Under the pieces are notes generated by a model. The model ran no database searches. It had not been told where the DNA came from and saw only the letters and a list, made by a program, of their open reading frames with translations. A stretch of DNA of 62,499 bases, filler included, from Actinomycetota bacterium (GTDB lineage: Bacteria > Actinomycetota > CADDZG01 > JAHWKV01 > JAOPZY01), in NCBI GenBank assembly GCA_025963875.1. It is 5 parts of 5 records of this genome, joined end to end, with 100 filler letters (N's around TTAATTAATTAA, not from the genome) between each part and the next. Parts side by side here need not be neighbours in the genome. Positions count along the whole stretch, not along the records: positions 39,684 to 51,385 come from JAOPZY010000080.1; positions 51,486 to 62,499 come from JAOPZY010000128.1; 3 more parts are not named here. One strand, 5' to 3'. This document shows, piece by piece, positions 48,931-57,501 of the stretch. A program made the translations under genes and the position numbers. Each line of letters opens with the position of its first letter. Position 1 is the stretch's first letter.

Positions 48931-50211
48931 TTAGTTGGCGGGGGCGGATGCCAGGGTCACGACGGCGGTGTGGTGCTGGCCCGTCGCATCGTCCCAGCCG
49001 ATGGTCACCCTGTCGCCGGGCTTGTGCGTTGCAAGGGCGCTGGTCAGGTCGGTTGCCGAGGTGATCGTCTTCGCGTCCACCGAGGTGACGGTGTCGCCGG
49101 CAACGAGGCCGGCCGCCTGGGCCGGCGTGCCCGACGGCACGGCTGCGATCACGGCGCCGCCGGTCTGGGTACGGTCCACCGAGACACCGAGGAATGCTCC
49201 GGTCCCGAGGGTGCCCCCGTTCGGGGCGGTGCCCGACTCAATCTGCTTGGCGACGGAGAGAGCGGTGTTGATCGGGATGGCGAAGGAGACACCGCTGGCG
49301 GCCTGGAACCGGTAGCTCGCCGACGCCGCGGTGTCCATGCCGATGACCTTGCCGTCGGACGTCACGAGCGGGCCGCCGGAGTCCCCGGGCTGCAGGGAGG
49401 CGTTGGTCTCGATCAGTCCGGAGAGCTGCTCGACAGCCCCACCGCTGGCGTCCCCGGCGGTGATGGTCTGGCCGAGGGCGATGATGTTGCCGGTCACGAC
49501 GCTGGGGGAGCCACCCGCCCCGTAGGCGTTGCCGATGGCCACGATGCCGGTGCCAACCGAGAGCTTCGACGAGTCGGCGGTGCTGACCGTCTTGAGGCCG
49601 GACGCCCCCTGGAGCTGCAGCACCGCGATGTCGTCGGCGGGGTCCGTGCCGACAACCTTGGCGGTGTACGTGTGACCGGTCGTGACGGACGTGACTTTGA
49701 TGCTGGTCGCCCCGGCGACCACGTGGTTGTTGGTCAGGACCTCACCGGAGGAGGTCAGCACCATGCCGGTGCCCGCCGCGCTCCCACCCTGGTACCCGAG
49801 CACGGTGTTGATGTCGACGATGCCCGGGTTGACCTTGGCGGCGACCGCCTGCGCCTGGGAGGAGGTGCCCGATCCGGCGGCGGCGGACGTGCCGGCGTCC
49901 GGGATGGTGGCGGGGGCCGAGACGGTCGGCGAGGCGGTCGAGCCCGGGCGCAAGTGCGCGGCCAGGCCGACGCCGAGGACCGCCGACACGAACATCGCCG
50001 CCAGGAGGGCGGCGACCCCGAGCCGGTTGCTGCGCTTCGGTGGTGCGGGAGGCGGCGGCATGCCTCCGTAGGGCCCGTACGGACCATACGGACCGTAGGG
50101 GCCATAGCCGGCGCCCCAGGCGGGCGCCGCGGCCGCGGCGGTCCACGGCGGAGGTGCGGGGGGCTGCTGTGGCGCCTCGGACGGTTCCTGCTGTTGGGGG
50201 TAGCTGTCCAT
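48931..50211 (-). CDS. HtrA/PepD-like serine protease with PDZ domain
   Basis: TM anchor, LTNNHV, DIAVL, PGDSGGPL, PDZ FLGV...PAQAAGL..GD. Confidence 0.93.
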   Translation of the reverse strand: MDSYPQQQEPSEAPQQPPAPPPWTAAAAAPAWGAGYGPYGPYGPYGPYGGMPPPPAPPKRSNRLGVAALLAAMFVSAVLGVGLAAHLRPGSTASPTVSAPATIPDAGTSAAAGSGTSSQAQAVAAKVNPGIVDINTVLGYQGGSAAGTGMVLTSSGEVLTNNHVVAGATSIKVTSVTTGHTYTAKVVGTDPADDIAVLQLQGASGLKTVSTADSSKLSVGTGIVAIGNAYGAGGSPSVVTGNIIALGQTITAGDASGGAVEQLSGLIETNASLQPGDSGGPLVTSDGKVIGMDTAASASYRFQAASGVSFAIPINTALSVAKQIESGTAPNGGTLGTGAFLGVSVDRTQTGGAVIAAVPSGTPAQAAGLVAGDTVTSVDAKTITSATDLTSALATHKPGDRVTIGWDDATGQHHTAVVTLASAPAN

Positions 50212-50271
50212 GTCGGTTCTCCCTTGATGGCTGTTTCTCTGTCGAGTGTCGACCCTGGAGCCCAGACTTCC

Positions 50272-50299
50272 CTGAGGGCTTCCTGTTGGCTTCCTGTGA
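50272..50299 (-). promoter_or_regulatory. MprA-like direct repeats upstream of htrA
   Basis: Minus strand TCACAG-GAAGC-CAACAG-GAAGC-CCTCAG, 11-bp period. Confidence 0.6.
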
Positions 50300-50447
50300 A
50301 TATCGGCGTGGGCCCACACCAGGCGCCGGTGCGGCCGGTGGGAGCTCGCCGCGTCCGGTTCGCGATGTGCGACGATCTTGCTGCCGGCGGAGCCCCCCAA
50401 GGCGCCCCCAAAGGCGAACGAAGGATGGGGCTCGTGAGGAGGCCGCG

Positions 50448-51179
50448 ATGGGACAGTGGTCAGGGGGCTCGCTCGGCTCGCCGTACAGCCGGGCAAGCAG
50501 CGCCCCGGTGGCGGCAGACACGTCGACGCCGGCCTCCGCCCCGTCTCCCCCGACTTCCTACGCACTTGCCCCTGCCTCTGCCGTTGGCGGAAGCCATGGC
50601 TTGCGGCTGATCCAGCTCGCCGCCGCCCTGGTGGCCGTCCTGCTGCTCGCCGCCGTCATCGGCCTCACCATCGTCTATGTCGGGGCAAAATCAAAGCTCG
50701 GGTCTACCCGGTCCGCGCTTGCCGCCTCCCGGGCGCAGCTCCTGTCGGTGCAGGTCGCCCTGGCGGGCGACATGAAGGCGCTGCAGACGGAGCAGGCGGT
50801 GGGCACCTACATGCGGGGCGTCCGCGACGCCCTCGCCCCGGCCCTCGCCGCCTACAGCGCCTCGGGTAGCGCCAGCAGCGCCTCTGCTGCCAGGGCGAAC
50901 GACGAGGAGGCCATCGCCGCGCTGACGTCGGCCAGGCAGAAGGTCTCCGCCCTCGTCCTCCCGGACTCCCTCAGGAGCGCCGATGGGGATATCCGAGCCG
51001 CCATGGAGGCCCTGGCCGGTGGCCTGCAGTCGGAGGTGACTGCCATCGGAAGCGGAAACCTCGGTGGGCTGGATGCCGCCCTCACGATCGAGGGCCAGGC
51101 CCTCGAGCACCTGCAGACCGCTCTCGGCGAGATGTACTCCGCCGTAGGGACGGCGGGACCGGCGTCCGGCACGTCTTGA
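50448..51179 (+). CDS. Hypothetical single-TM coiled-coil protein
   Basis: GAGGAGG RBS; TM LIQLAAALVAVLLLAAVIGLTIVYV followed by an Ala-rich helical domain. Confidence 0.7.
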   Translation: MGQWSGGSLGSPYSRASSAPVAADTSTPASAPSPPTSYALAPASAVGGSHGLRLIQLAAALVAVLLLAAVIGLTIVYVGAKSKLGSTRSALAASRAQLLSVQVALAGDMKALQTEQAVGTYMRGVRDALAPALAAYSASGSASSASAARANDEEAIAALTSARQKVSALVLPDSLRSADGDIRAAMEALAGGLQSEVTAIGSGNLGGLDAALTIEGQALEHLQTALGEMYSAVGTAGPASGTS

Positions 51180-51230
51180 GGGCAACGGCAGCCCGTCTGG
51201 CCGACGGCGAGGGCTGGGGGGCCGGAGGCC

Positions 51231-51274
51231 AGTTTCCGTCAAAAAGGGCTCGCACGGCCTTTTTGACGGAAACT
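51231..51274. repeat. Hairpin with 17-bp perfect arms (related to 555-603)
   Basis: AGTTTCCGTCAAAAAGG...CCTTTTTGACGGAAACT, between convergent genes. Confidence 0.85.
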
Positions 51275-51385
51275 ATGTGCCTGCGTCGATGCCGGCGGAG
51301 ATCTCCCCGAAGGACAGGCCCACCCGGCGGAGCTCGTCGAGGTGCCGTGCCGAGAGCGACTCCAGCAGGCGGCGGCCCTCGTCGG
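51273..51385 (-). CDS. C-terminal fragment, likely a MarR-family regulator
   Basis: Manual translation DEGRRLLESLSARHLDELRRVGLSFGEISAGIDAGT*. Confidence 0.5.
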
Positions 51386-51485
51386 NNNNNNNNNNNNNNN
51401 NNNNNNNNNNNNNNNNNNNNNNNNNNNNNTTAATTAATTAANNNNNNNNNNNNNNNNNNNNNNNNNNNNNNNNNNNNNNNNNNNN
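51386..51485. other. Artificial contig linker
   Basis: N/TTAATTAATTAA/N. Confidence 0.98.
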
Positions 51486-52158
51486 GGGGTCCGATCCCAG
51501 GGTGGCCGAAGGCAGGGCGAAGTCCGCCGAGATAAGGGCCAGGAAGGGGATGGGCGCTGCCACGGCACCTGCTCCGGCCGCGGAAGCCGCACCCGCTCCG
51601 GCCGCGGAAGCGCCGCCGCCTGAGCCCGCCCCACCCGCGGCTGTCGGCCTTCGCCCCGGCGAGCCGGTTCCCCCGCCCCGTACCGCGGCCCCCGAGCCCG
51701 CCCCTGCGGCGCCAGCCGCCCCGGCGGCGTCGCTTGAGGACCCGGCCGCCGTCCGCAAGCGCGTGTACGAGGAGGAGCTCGCCAAGGGGTCCGATCCCAG
51801 GGTGGCCGAGGGGAGGGCGAAGTCCGCCGAGATCAAGGCAAGGAAGGCAGGTTCCGCACCGCCCACTCCTGCCGCCGCACCCCCACCCGCATCCGCATCC
51901 GCCGCACCAACGACCTCAGCCCCGGCCGCTCCGCCCAAAGCGTCGCCGGAGACCCCGGTGGCGTCAGCCCCCAGCCCGCTCCTGCCCGACGCACCTCCCG
52001 GGGGCGGCGGCATGACCGCCTCGGAGGGGGCCAGCGTCCGGGACATGGTCCTCAAACAGGAGATCGAACGGGGCACTCCCGCCCCAGTGGCCGAGGCACT
52101 GGCGAAAGCCGCCGAGATCCGAGCCGAGCGCGGCGTCTGGTGGCGCCCCGACTGGTAG
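51486..52158 (+). CDS. C-terminal part of an unknown protein with repeated helical motifs and Pro/Ala linkers
   Basis: GSDPRVAEGRAKSAEI(R/K)ARK twice plus a diverged third copy; frame open to contig start. Confidence 0.75.
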
Positions 52159-52224
52159 TCAGAAAAGTTCTTTTTCTGTTTCACCACGTATGGCGTGGCC
52201 AAACAGAAAGTCGATTCCGCCGGC

Positions 52225-53070
52225 CTACTTCAGCAGGCGGGAGAGGCGGCGGTCCTTCAGCAGCTTGCCGCCGGTCTGGCACTGGGGGCAGTAGGCAACC
52301 ACGTAGTCCTCGAAGAAGACGGCTTCCAGCGTGGTGCCACAGCGGGGACAGGGCGACCCCTGGCGCCCGTGGACGGTCAGGGGCATCGGGAGCTTGTCGG
52401 GGATGGTGGGGCCGATAACCGCCTCGTAGTGGTCGATGGCGGCCCCCAGCCGCTCGACCATCGACGAACGGAGCACCTCCGCCTCGACGGCATCCAGGGT
52501 GTTGCCTCGCTTGAACGGGGACAGCCTGGCCGTGTGCAGGATCTCGTCGGCCCAGGACCGCCCGATGCCGGCCAGCACCCGCTGATCCCGCAGCATCGAG
52601 TGCAGGGGCCGGGCGTCGTCGAGGAGGTCCTCGAGTAGCGGCGGGTCGGGCCAGGCCTCGGGACCGAGCTTCGCCACGTTCGGCTCGGCCTCCAGATCGC
52701 CGGCACGGACGAGCTTCGCCCAGCTGGACTGCCTGGTCCCGAATTCTCGTAGCCGCAGCTCGCGGCCGTCGGCCAGCCTGATCGCCAGACGCAAGGTCCG
52801 GTCCTTGAGCGACCCGGGCTTGTCGAAGAGCTGCAGGCGGCCCGCCGACATGAGGTGCACCAGGAGCACCAGGTCACCGTCGAAGTCGAGGATCAGCAGC
52901 TTCGACCGGCGGCGCATGCCCAGGAAGGTGTGGCCCTTGAGATCGCCGAGCGGCGGGTCGAAGGACTTGAGGGTGCCGACGCCCTTGGCGAGGGCCGACT
53001 CCACGACGCCCCCGGTAAGGGCGGCGCCCAACCGGCGCACCATGATCTCGACCTCGGGAAGCTCGGGCAT
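52225..53070 (-). CDS. Fpg/Nei family DNA glycosylase/AP lyase
   Basis: MPELPEVE, HLMSAG, LGPEA, DQRVLAGIG...ADEIL, Zn finger CPRC...CPQCQ. Confidence 0.93.
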   Translation of the reverse strand: MPELPEVEIMVRRLGAALTGGVVESALAKGVGTLKSFDPPLGDLKGHTFLGMRRRSKLLILDFDGDLVLLVHLMSAGRLQLFDKPGSLKDRTLRLAIRLADGRELRLREFGTRQSSWAKLVRAGDLEAEPNVAKLGPEAWPDPPLLEDLLDDARPLHSMLRDQRVLAGIGRSWADEILHTARLSPFKRGNTLDAVEAEVLRSSMVERLGAAIDHYEAVIGPTIPDKLPMPLTVHGRQGSPCPRCGTTLEAVFFEDYVVAYCPQCQTGGKLLKDRRLSRLLK

Positions 53071-53087
53071 GGCCCGGCGTCACCTCC

Positions 53088-56000
53088 CTACTGCGCCGGG
53101 GCGGGGGCCGCCGACTCCCGGCCCCAGAGGCGGCTGCGGAGCGTCCCCAAGGGGGCCACGTCGATGGCGACGCCATTGCGATAGGCGACGGCGAGGGTCG
53201 AGAACGGCGACACCCGCTGGCCAGGGACGATGATGCCCACCAGGTTGAGGGGGTCGGCGGCCGGCAGGATGATGGTCTCGGTCTCGTCACCGGAGCGCCT
53301 GACCGCCCGGAGTGATTCGATGGCCTCCGGCAGGGCGAACTGCTCGCCGACGAACCCGTTGACGAAGCGCCCGCCACGGATCTCGCCGCGGGCCTCGAGG
53401 CGGCGGTAGACCGGCAGGAGCACCCGCCACGGCGGGGCGTTGCGCTCCCGGGCCAGAAGATCGCGGAAGACGACACCGTAACGGCGGAGCAGCTGCCGGG
53501 CGACCAGCTCGTCGCGCTCCGAAGGCTCCTCCTCCACGGCGTCGCGCCGCCAGAGCGACCAGCGGCCGGCCGGCAGGGGCCGGCCCCGGCTGGAGATAGC
53601 ACCCGAGCGGCCGCCCGGCACGGCCCGGAGGCGGGTGTGGCGGGCGGGGGGCTTGTTGCGGCCCAGCAACAGTCGGAGCCCGGCGACACCGTCGCCGCTC
53701 ACCAGGCCTGCCGACACGAGATCCCACAGCGCGTCCTCGACCTCCGTGGGCAGGCGGCCGGTCCCCTTGGTGATCTCCGGCAGGAACGAGGCACCCCGCT
53801 CGGCAAGGAACTCGGCCACCTCCCTGGCGGCAGAGGGAAGGCCCGCAAGCAGACCCTCTTCGCTCGCCGGGGCAAGGAACACTCCCAAGTCGTCCCGCAA
53901 CACGAAGGCCAGGGGGCTGTTGCGCACGGGACCCGGCCGGCGCGTCCGGGCCTTGGGGGGCAGGTCGTCCTCGAGCTCCTCCTCGGCCCTCATGGCTCCC
54001 ATGGCTCCGCCGGCGTTGAGCCGGCCCCAGGTGACGACGCCCGACAGGCACAGGTGCTCGAGGTCCGCAGGGTTGTAGCGCTGGATGCGGGCCGGAAGGA
54101 TGCGCTCCTCCCAGGCGGGGGCGGGGAGCTCCAGGCCCTGGAGCTGGCCGATCACCCTCGTGAGCCCTTCCTTGCCGTGCATCTGGGTCCCCGGCGCTAC
54201 GTGGCCCCAGCGCAGCAGGAACCGCATGAGGACAGCCGGCGACACCGGCTCGATCTCCGCCCGGAGGCGGCGCAGCGTCAGGCGGTGGATGCGGGACAGG
54301 AGGCGGCGGTCGCACCACTCCAGCTCGGCGGCACCCGAAGCCGCCGGCGCGGTGAAGTGGCCGCGGAGCACCATGCCCGTCCCCTCCAGCAGCAGCATGC
54401 CGCGGTCCACCAGGGACGCCGGCAGGCCGAGACGGGCGGCAAGGCCGGCAGCGGTCACCGGTCCGAGGCACGCCATCCAGGCACCGAGCATCGCTTTGAG
54501 GGCGTCGTCAGCGTCCCACACTCTGCCGCCAGGAGTCCCGATGCCCTCCACCGTGAGGTTCTCGTAGACCGCCTTTGTCATCGCCACCCGCTCGGCGGCG
54601 ACGAAGCCCCGCCGCAGCTCCCCCAAGACCTCCCAGGCGGCGGGCAGCACCCGGCCCCCGGCGAAGAGCTCGCCGACAAGGTCGGTCCATGCGGCAGCGT
54701 CCTCCTCGGGGAGCAGGCCGACGGACAGGAGGTGGTCGTGCAGCTCGTCGGCATCCCGCACGTCGGGCCAGGCGTCCTCCCGGACCTCCTCGATGGCCGC
54801 CGGCGAGAGGGCACCCACCCCACCGGCAAGCTCGGGATCGGTGCGCCGCAGGGACACCGCCCGGGCTCGCCGCTCCTCCAGCGGTGCGTCGTCGAGGAAG
54901 GCGTACGGGTTGGCATTGAGGAGCTCGTGGCTCATCGGGGAGGGGGCCGGGGTCTCGACGGCGACGGCTCGGATCTCGCCGCGGTCCATCGCCTCGACGA
55001 TGCCGATCAGGCCGTCGAGGTCCATCGCCTCGTGCAGGCAGTTGAGGATGGTCTCGTTGACGAGGGGGTGGTCCGGCGGCTCGATCGGCCCGCTCCGGTT
55101 CTCCTGGCAGGCGACCTGGTCGGGGAACACCGCCGCCAGGAGGTCGTCGGAACGCATGCGGAGGATCGGCGCCGGCACCTTGCGGCCCCCGTTGCGCCGC
55201 AGCAGCGCCAGGCCGCGGGTGGCGTTCCAGCGCCACCGGTTGCCGAACATCGGCGAGGGGAGCATCGCCTGGACGAGCGTGTCCCGCAGCGTCTGGGGCC
55301 GCAGGAACGAGAAGACCGAGTCCAGCGGGAAGCTGTGCTGCTCCCCCAGCGACAGGACGACCCCGTCGTCCGTGGCCGTGGCCTGGAGCTCGAAGTCGAA
55401 GTTGACGCAGAAGCGCTTGCGGAGCGACAGGCCCCAGGCCCGGTTGATGCGGCCCCCAAACGGGGTGTGCAGGACGAGCTGCATGCCGCCGGCCTCGTCG
55501 AAGAACCGCTCGGCGACCACGGTGTCGACGGTCGGCACGACCCCGAGGACGGCGACGGTCTCGGCGATGTAGTCGACGATCTGGGCCGCCCCCGCCTCGT
55601 CGACCAGGGACTCCTCCATCAGCCACGTCCGGGCAGCCGGCGGGTCGCCCAACCGTGCGGCGACCCCCGCCCGCAGGTCCGACACCGCCCGGGACAGCTC
55701 TGCCGTGCGGGCCGGGGCCTCGCCGAGCCAGAACGGCAGCGAGGAGGGAGCCCCCTTCGCATCCTCCACCCGGACCTTCCCCGACTCGACCCGGCGGATG
55801 CGCCACGAGGTGTTGCCGAGGAGGAAGATGTCGCCCGCCATGCTCTCGATGGCAAAGTCCTCGTTCACCTTGCCGACGAAGACCTCCTCCGGCTCGGCGA
55901 TGACGTCGTAGTCGGCGGTGTCGGGGATGGCGCCACCGCTGGTGATGGCCGCCAGACGGGCGCCCCGGCGACCGGAGACGACGCCGTTGACCTGGTCACG

Positions 56001-57422
56001 GTGCAGGTGGGCGCTGGAGCGGCCCCGCTTAGTGGCGAAGCCCTCCGACAGCATCTCGATGACCTCGTCGAACTCCTTCCGGGTGAGGTCCCGGTACGGG
56101 TAGGCGCGCCGGGCCATGTCCCAGAGGCTCTCCTCCGACATCTTGCCGGTGGCGGCCGTGGCAACGATCTGCTGGGCAAGGATGTCGAGGGGCTTGGCGG
56201 GCATGATGATCCGGTCGAGTTCCCCCGCCCGCGCCGCCATGACCGCCGCGGCGCTCTGGACCAGTTCGTCCCGGGTCAGGGGGAACAGGACTCCCTTCGG
56301 GATGCCGCCCAGCCAGTGACCCGACCGCCCGATGCGCTGCAGGAGGGTCGCCAAGGCGCGGGGGGCGCCGAGGTGGCAGACGAGGTCGACGTGGCCGACG
56401 TCGATGCCCAGCTCCAGGGATGCGGTGGCGACCACGACCCGCAGCGAGCCCGACTTGAGCCCCTCCTCCGCGGCGAGGCGGGTCTTGCGGGAGAGGCTGC
56501 CGTGGTGTGCCCCCACCTTCCCCTCGCCGAGGCGGGCCTCGAGCTGGTGGGAGACGCGCTCCACCAGGCGTCGGGTGTTGACGAAGACGAGGGTGCTGCG
56601 GTGGGTCTCGACCATCGAGGCCATGCGGTCGTAGACCTCGTCCCACATCTCGTGGCTGGCGATCGGGCCGAGCGGCTGGCCGGGAACGTGGATGGCGAGG
56701 TCCCAGTCGCGGCGGTGGCCGACGTCGACGATGGCGCAGTCCGGCCGGCCCCCGGCATCGACCCGGGAGGTCCCGGCAAGGAGGCGGGCGACGTCCTCGA
56801 TGGGCTTCTGCGTCGCCGACAGGCCGATGCGCTGGCGCCGCCGGTCGTCCAGAGCGTCCAGCCGCTCCAGGGTCAGGGCCAGGTGGGAGCCCCGCTTGTC
56901 GCCGGCCACGGCGTGGATCTCGTCGACGATGACCGCACGGGTGTTGGCGAGGAAGGCCCGGCTTCGCTCCGCGGTCAGCAGGATGTAGAGCGACTCGGGG
57001 GTGGTGATGAGGATGTGGGGGGGCTTGCGGACCATGAGGTTGCGTTCCGCGGCCGGCGTGTCGCCGGAGCGGACCGCCATCCGGATGTCCGGGAGCGGCG
57101 TCCCCCCCTCTTCGGCCAGCTTGCGAATAGCCGCCAGCGGCACGGTCAGGTTCTTGTGGATGTCGTTGCCCAGGGCCTTGAGCGGCGAGACGTAGACCAC
57201 CGAGGTCTCGTCCCGAAGCTCGCCCGCAGCGGCAGCCGTCACGAGTTCGTTGATGGCCCAGAGGAACGCGGCAAGCGTCTTGCCGGACCCGGTGGGGGCG
57301 GCGATGAGCGTGTCCCGGCCCCCGGCGATCGCCCCCCACCCTTCCGACTGCGCGGGGGTCGGAGCCCCGAAGGTGTCGGTGAACCAGCGGGCGACGAGGG
57401 GGTGGAATTCGGACAGTTCCAT
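53088..57422 (-). CDS. lhr: Full-length Lhr DEAD/DEAH-box helicase
   Basis: APTGSGKTLAAFL, YVSPLKAL, TTPESL, DEIH, GLSAT, SLELGIDVG, QRIGRSGH; C-terminal LLRRYGVVFR...RGGRFV.GF.GEQFA. Confidence 0.93.
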   Translation of the reverse strand: MELSEFHPLVARWFTDTFGAPTPAQSEGWGAIAGGRDTLIAAPTGSGKTLAAFLWAINELVTAAAAGELRDETSVVYVSPLKALGNDIHKNLTVPLAAIRKLAEEGGTPLPDIRMAVRSGDTPAAERNLMVRKPPHILITTPESLYILLTAERSRAFLANTRAVIVDEIHAVAGDKRGSHLALTLERLDALDDRRRQRIGLSATQKPIEDVARLLAGTSRVDAGGRPDCAIVDVGHRRDWDLAIHVPGQPLGPIASHEMWDEVYDRMASMVETHRSTLVFVNTRRLVERVSHQLEARLGEGKVGAHHGSLSRKTRLAAEEGLKSGSLRVVVATASLELGIDVGHVDLVCHLGAPRALATLLQRIGRSGHWLGGIPKGVLFPLTRDELVQSAAAVMAARAGELDRIIMPAKPLDILAQQIVATAATGKMSEESLWDMARRAYPYRDLTRKEFDEVIEMLSEGFATKRGRSSAHLHRDQVNGVVSGRRGARLAAITSGGAIPDTADYDVIAEPEEVFVGKVNEDFAIESMAGDIFLLGNTSWRIRRVESGKVRVEDAKGAPSSLPFWLGEAPARTAELSRAVSDLRAGVAARLGDPPAARTWLMEESLVDEAGAAQIVDYIAETVAVLGVVPTVDTVVAERFFDEAGGMQLVLHTPFGGRINRAWGLSLRKRFCVNFDFELQATATDDGVVLSLGEQHSFPLDSVFSFLRPQTLRDTLVQAMLPSPMFGNRWRWNATRGLALLRRNGGRKVPAPILRMRSDDLLAAVFPDQVACQENRSGPIEPPDHPLVNETILNCLHEAMDLDGLIGIVEAMDRGEIRAVAVETPAPSPMSHELLNANPYAFLDDAPLEERRARAVSLRRTDPELAGGVGALSPAAIEEVREDAWPDVRDADELHDHLLSVGLLPEEDAAAWTDLVGELFAGGRVLPAAWEVLGELRRGFVAAERVAMTKAVYENLTVEGIGTPGGRVWDADDALKAMLGAWMACLGPVTAAGLAARLGLPASLVDRGMLLLEGTGMVLRGHFTAPAASGAAELEWCDRRLLSRIHRLTLRRLRAEIEPVSPAVLMRFLLRWGHVAPGTQMHGKEGLTRVIGQLQGLELPAPAWEERILPARIQRYNPADLEHLCLSGVVTWGRLNAGGAMGAMRAEEELEDDLPPKARTRRPGPVRNSPLAFVLRDDLGVFLAPASEEGLLAGLPSAAREVAEFLAERGASFLPEITKGTGRLPTEVEDALWDLVSAGLVSGDGVAGLRLLLGRNKPPARHTRLRAVPGGRSGAISSRGRPLPAGRWSLWRRDAVEEEPSERDELVARQLLRRYGVVFRDLLARERNAPPWRVLLPVYRRLEARGEIRGGRFVNGFVGEQFALPEAIESLRAVRRSGDETETIILPAADPLNLVGIIVPGQRVSPFSTLAVAYRNGVAIDVAPLGTLRSRLWGRESAAPAPAQ

Positions 57423-57501
57423 ACGGGCTGGGTCAGGCTCCTCACGCGAGTAACAGCCGTGCAACTACGCTACCACCGCCGGCCCAGGGGAGAATAGGGA
57501 G

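Noticed and set aside
50068..50108. YGP tandem repeat in the HtrA N-terminus
   Set aside because: Ordinary low-complexity cytoplasmic tail of actinobacterial HtrA proteins.
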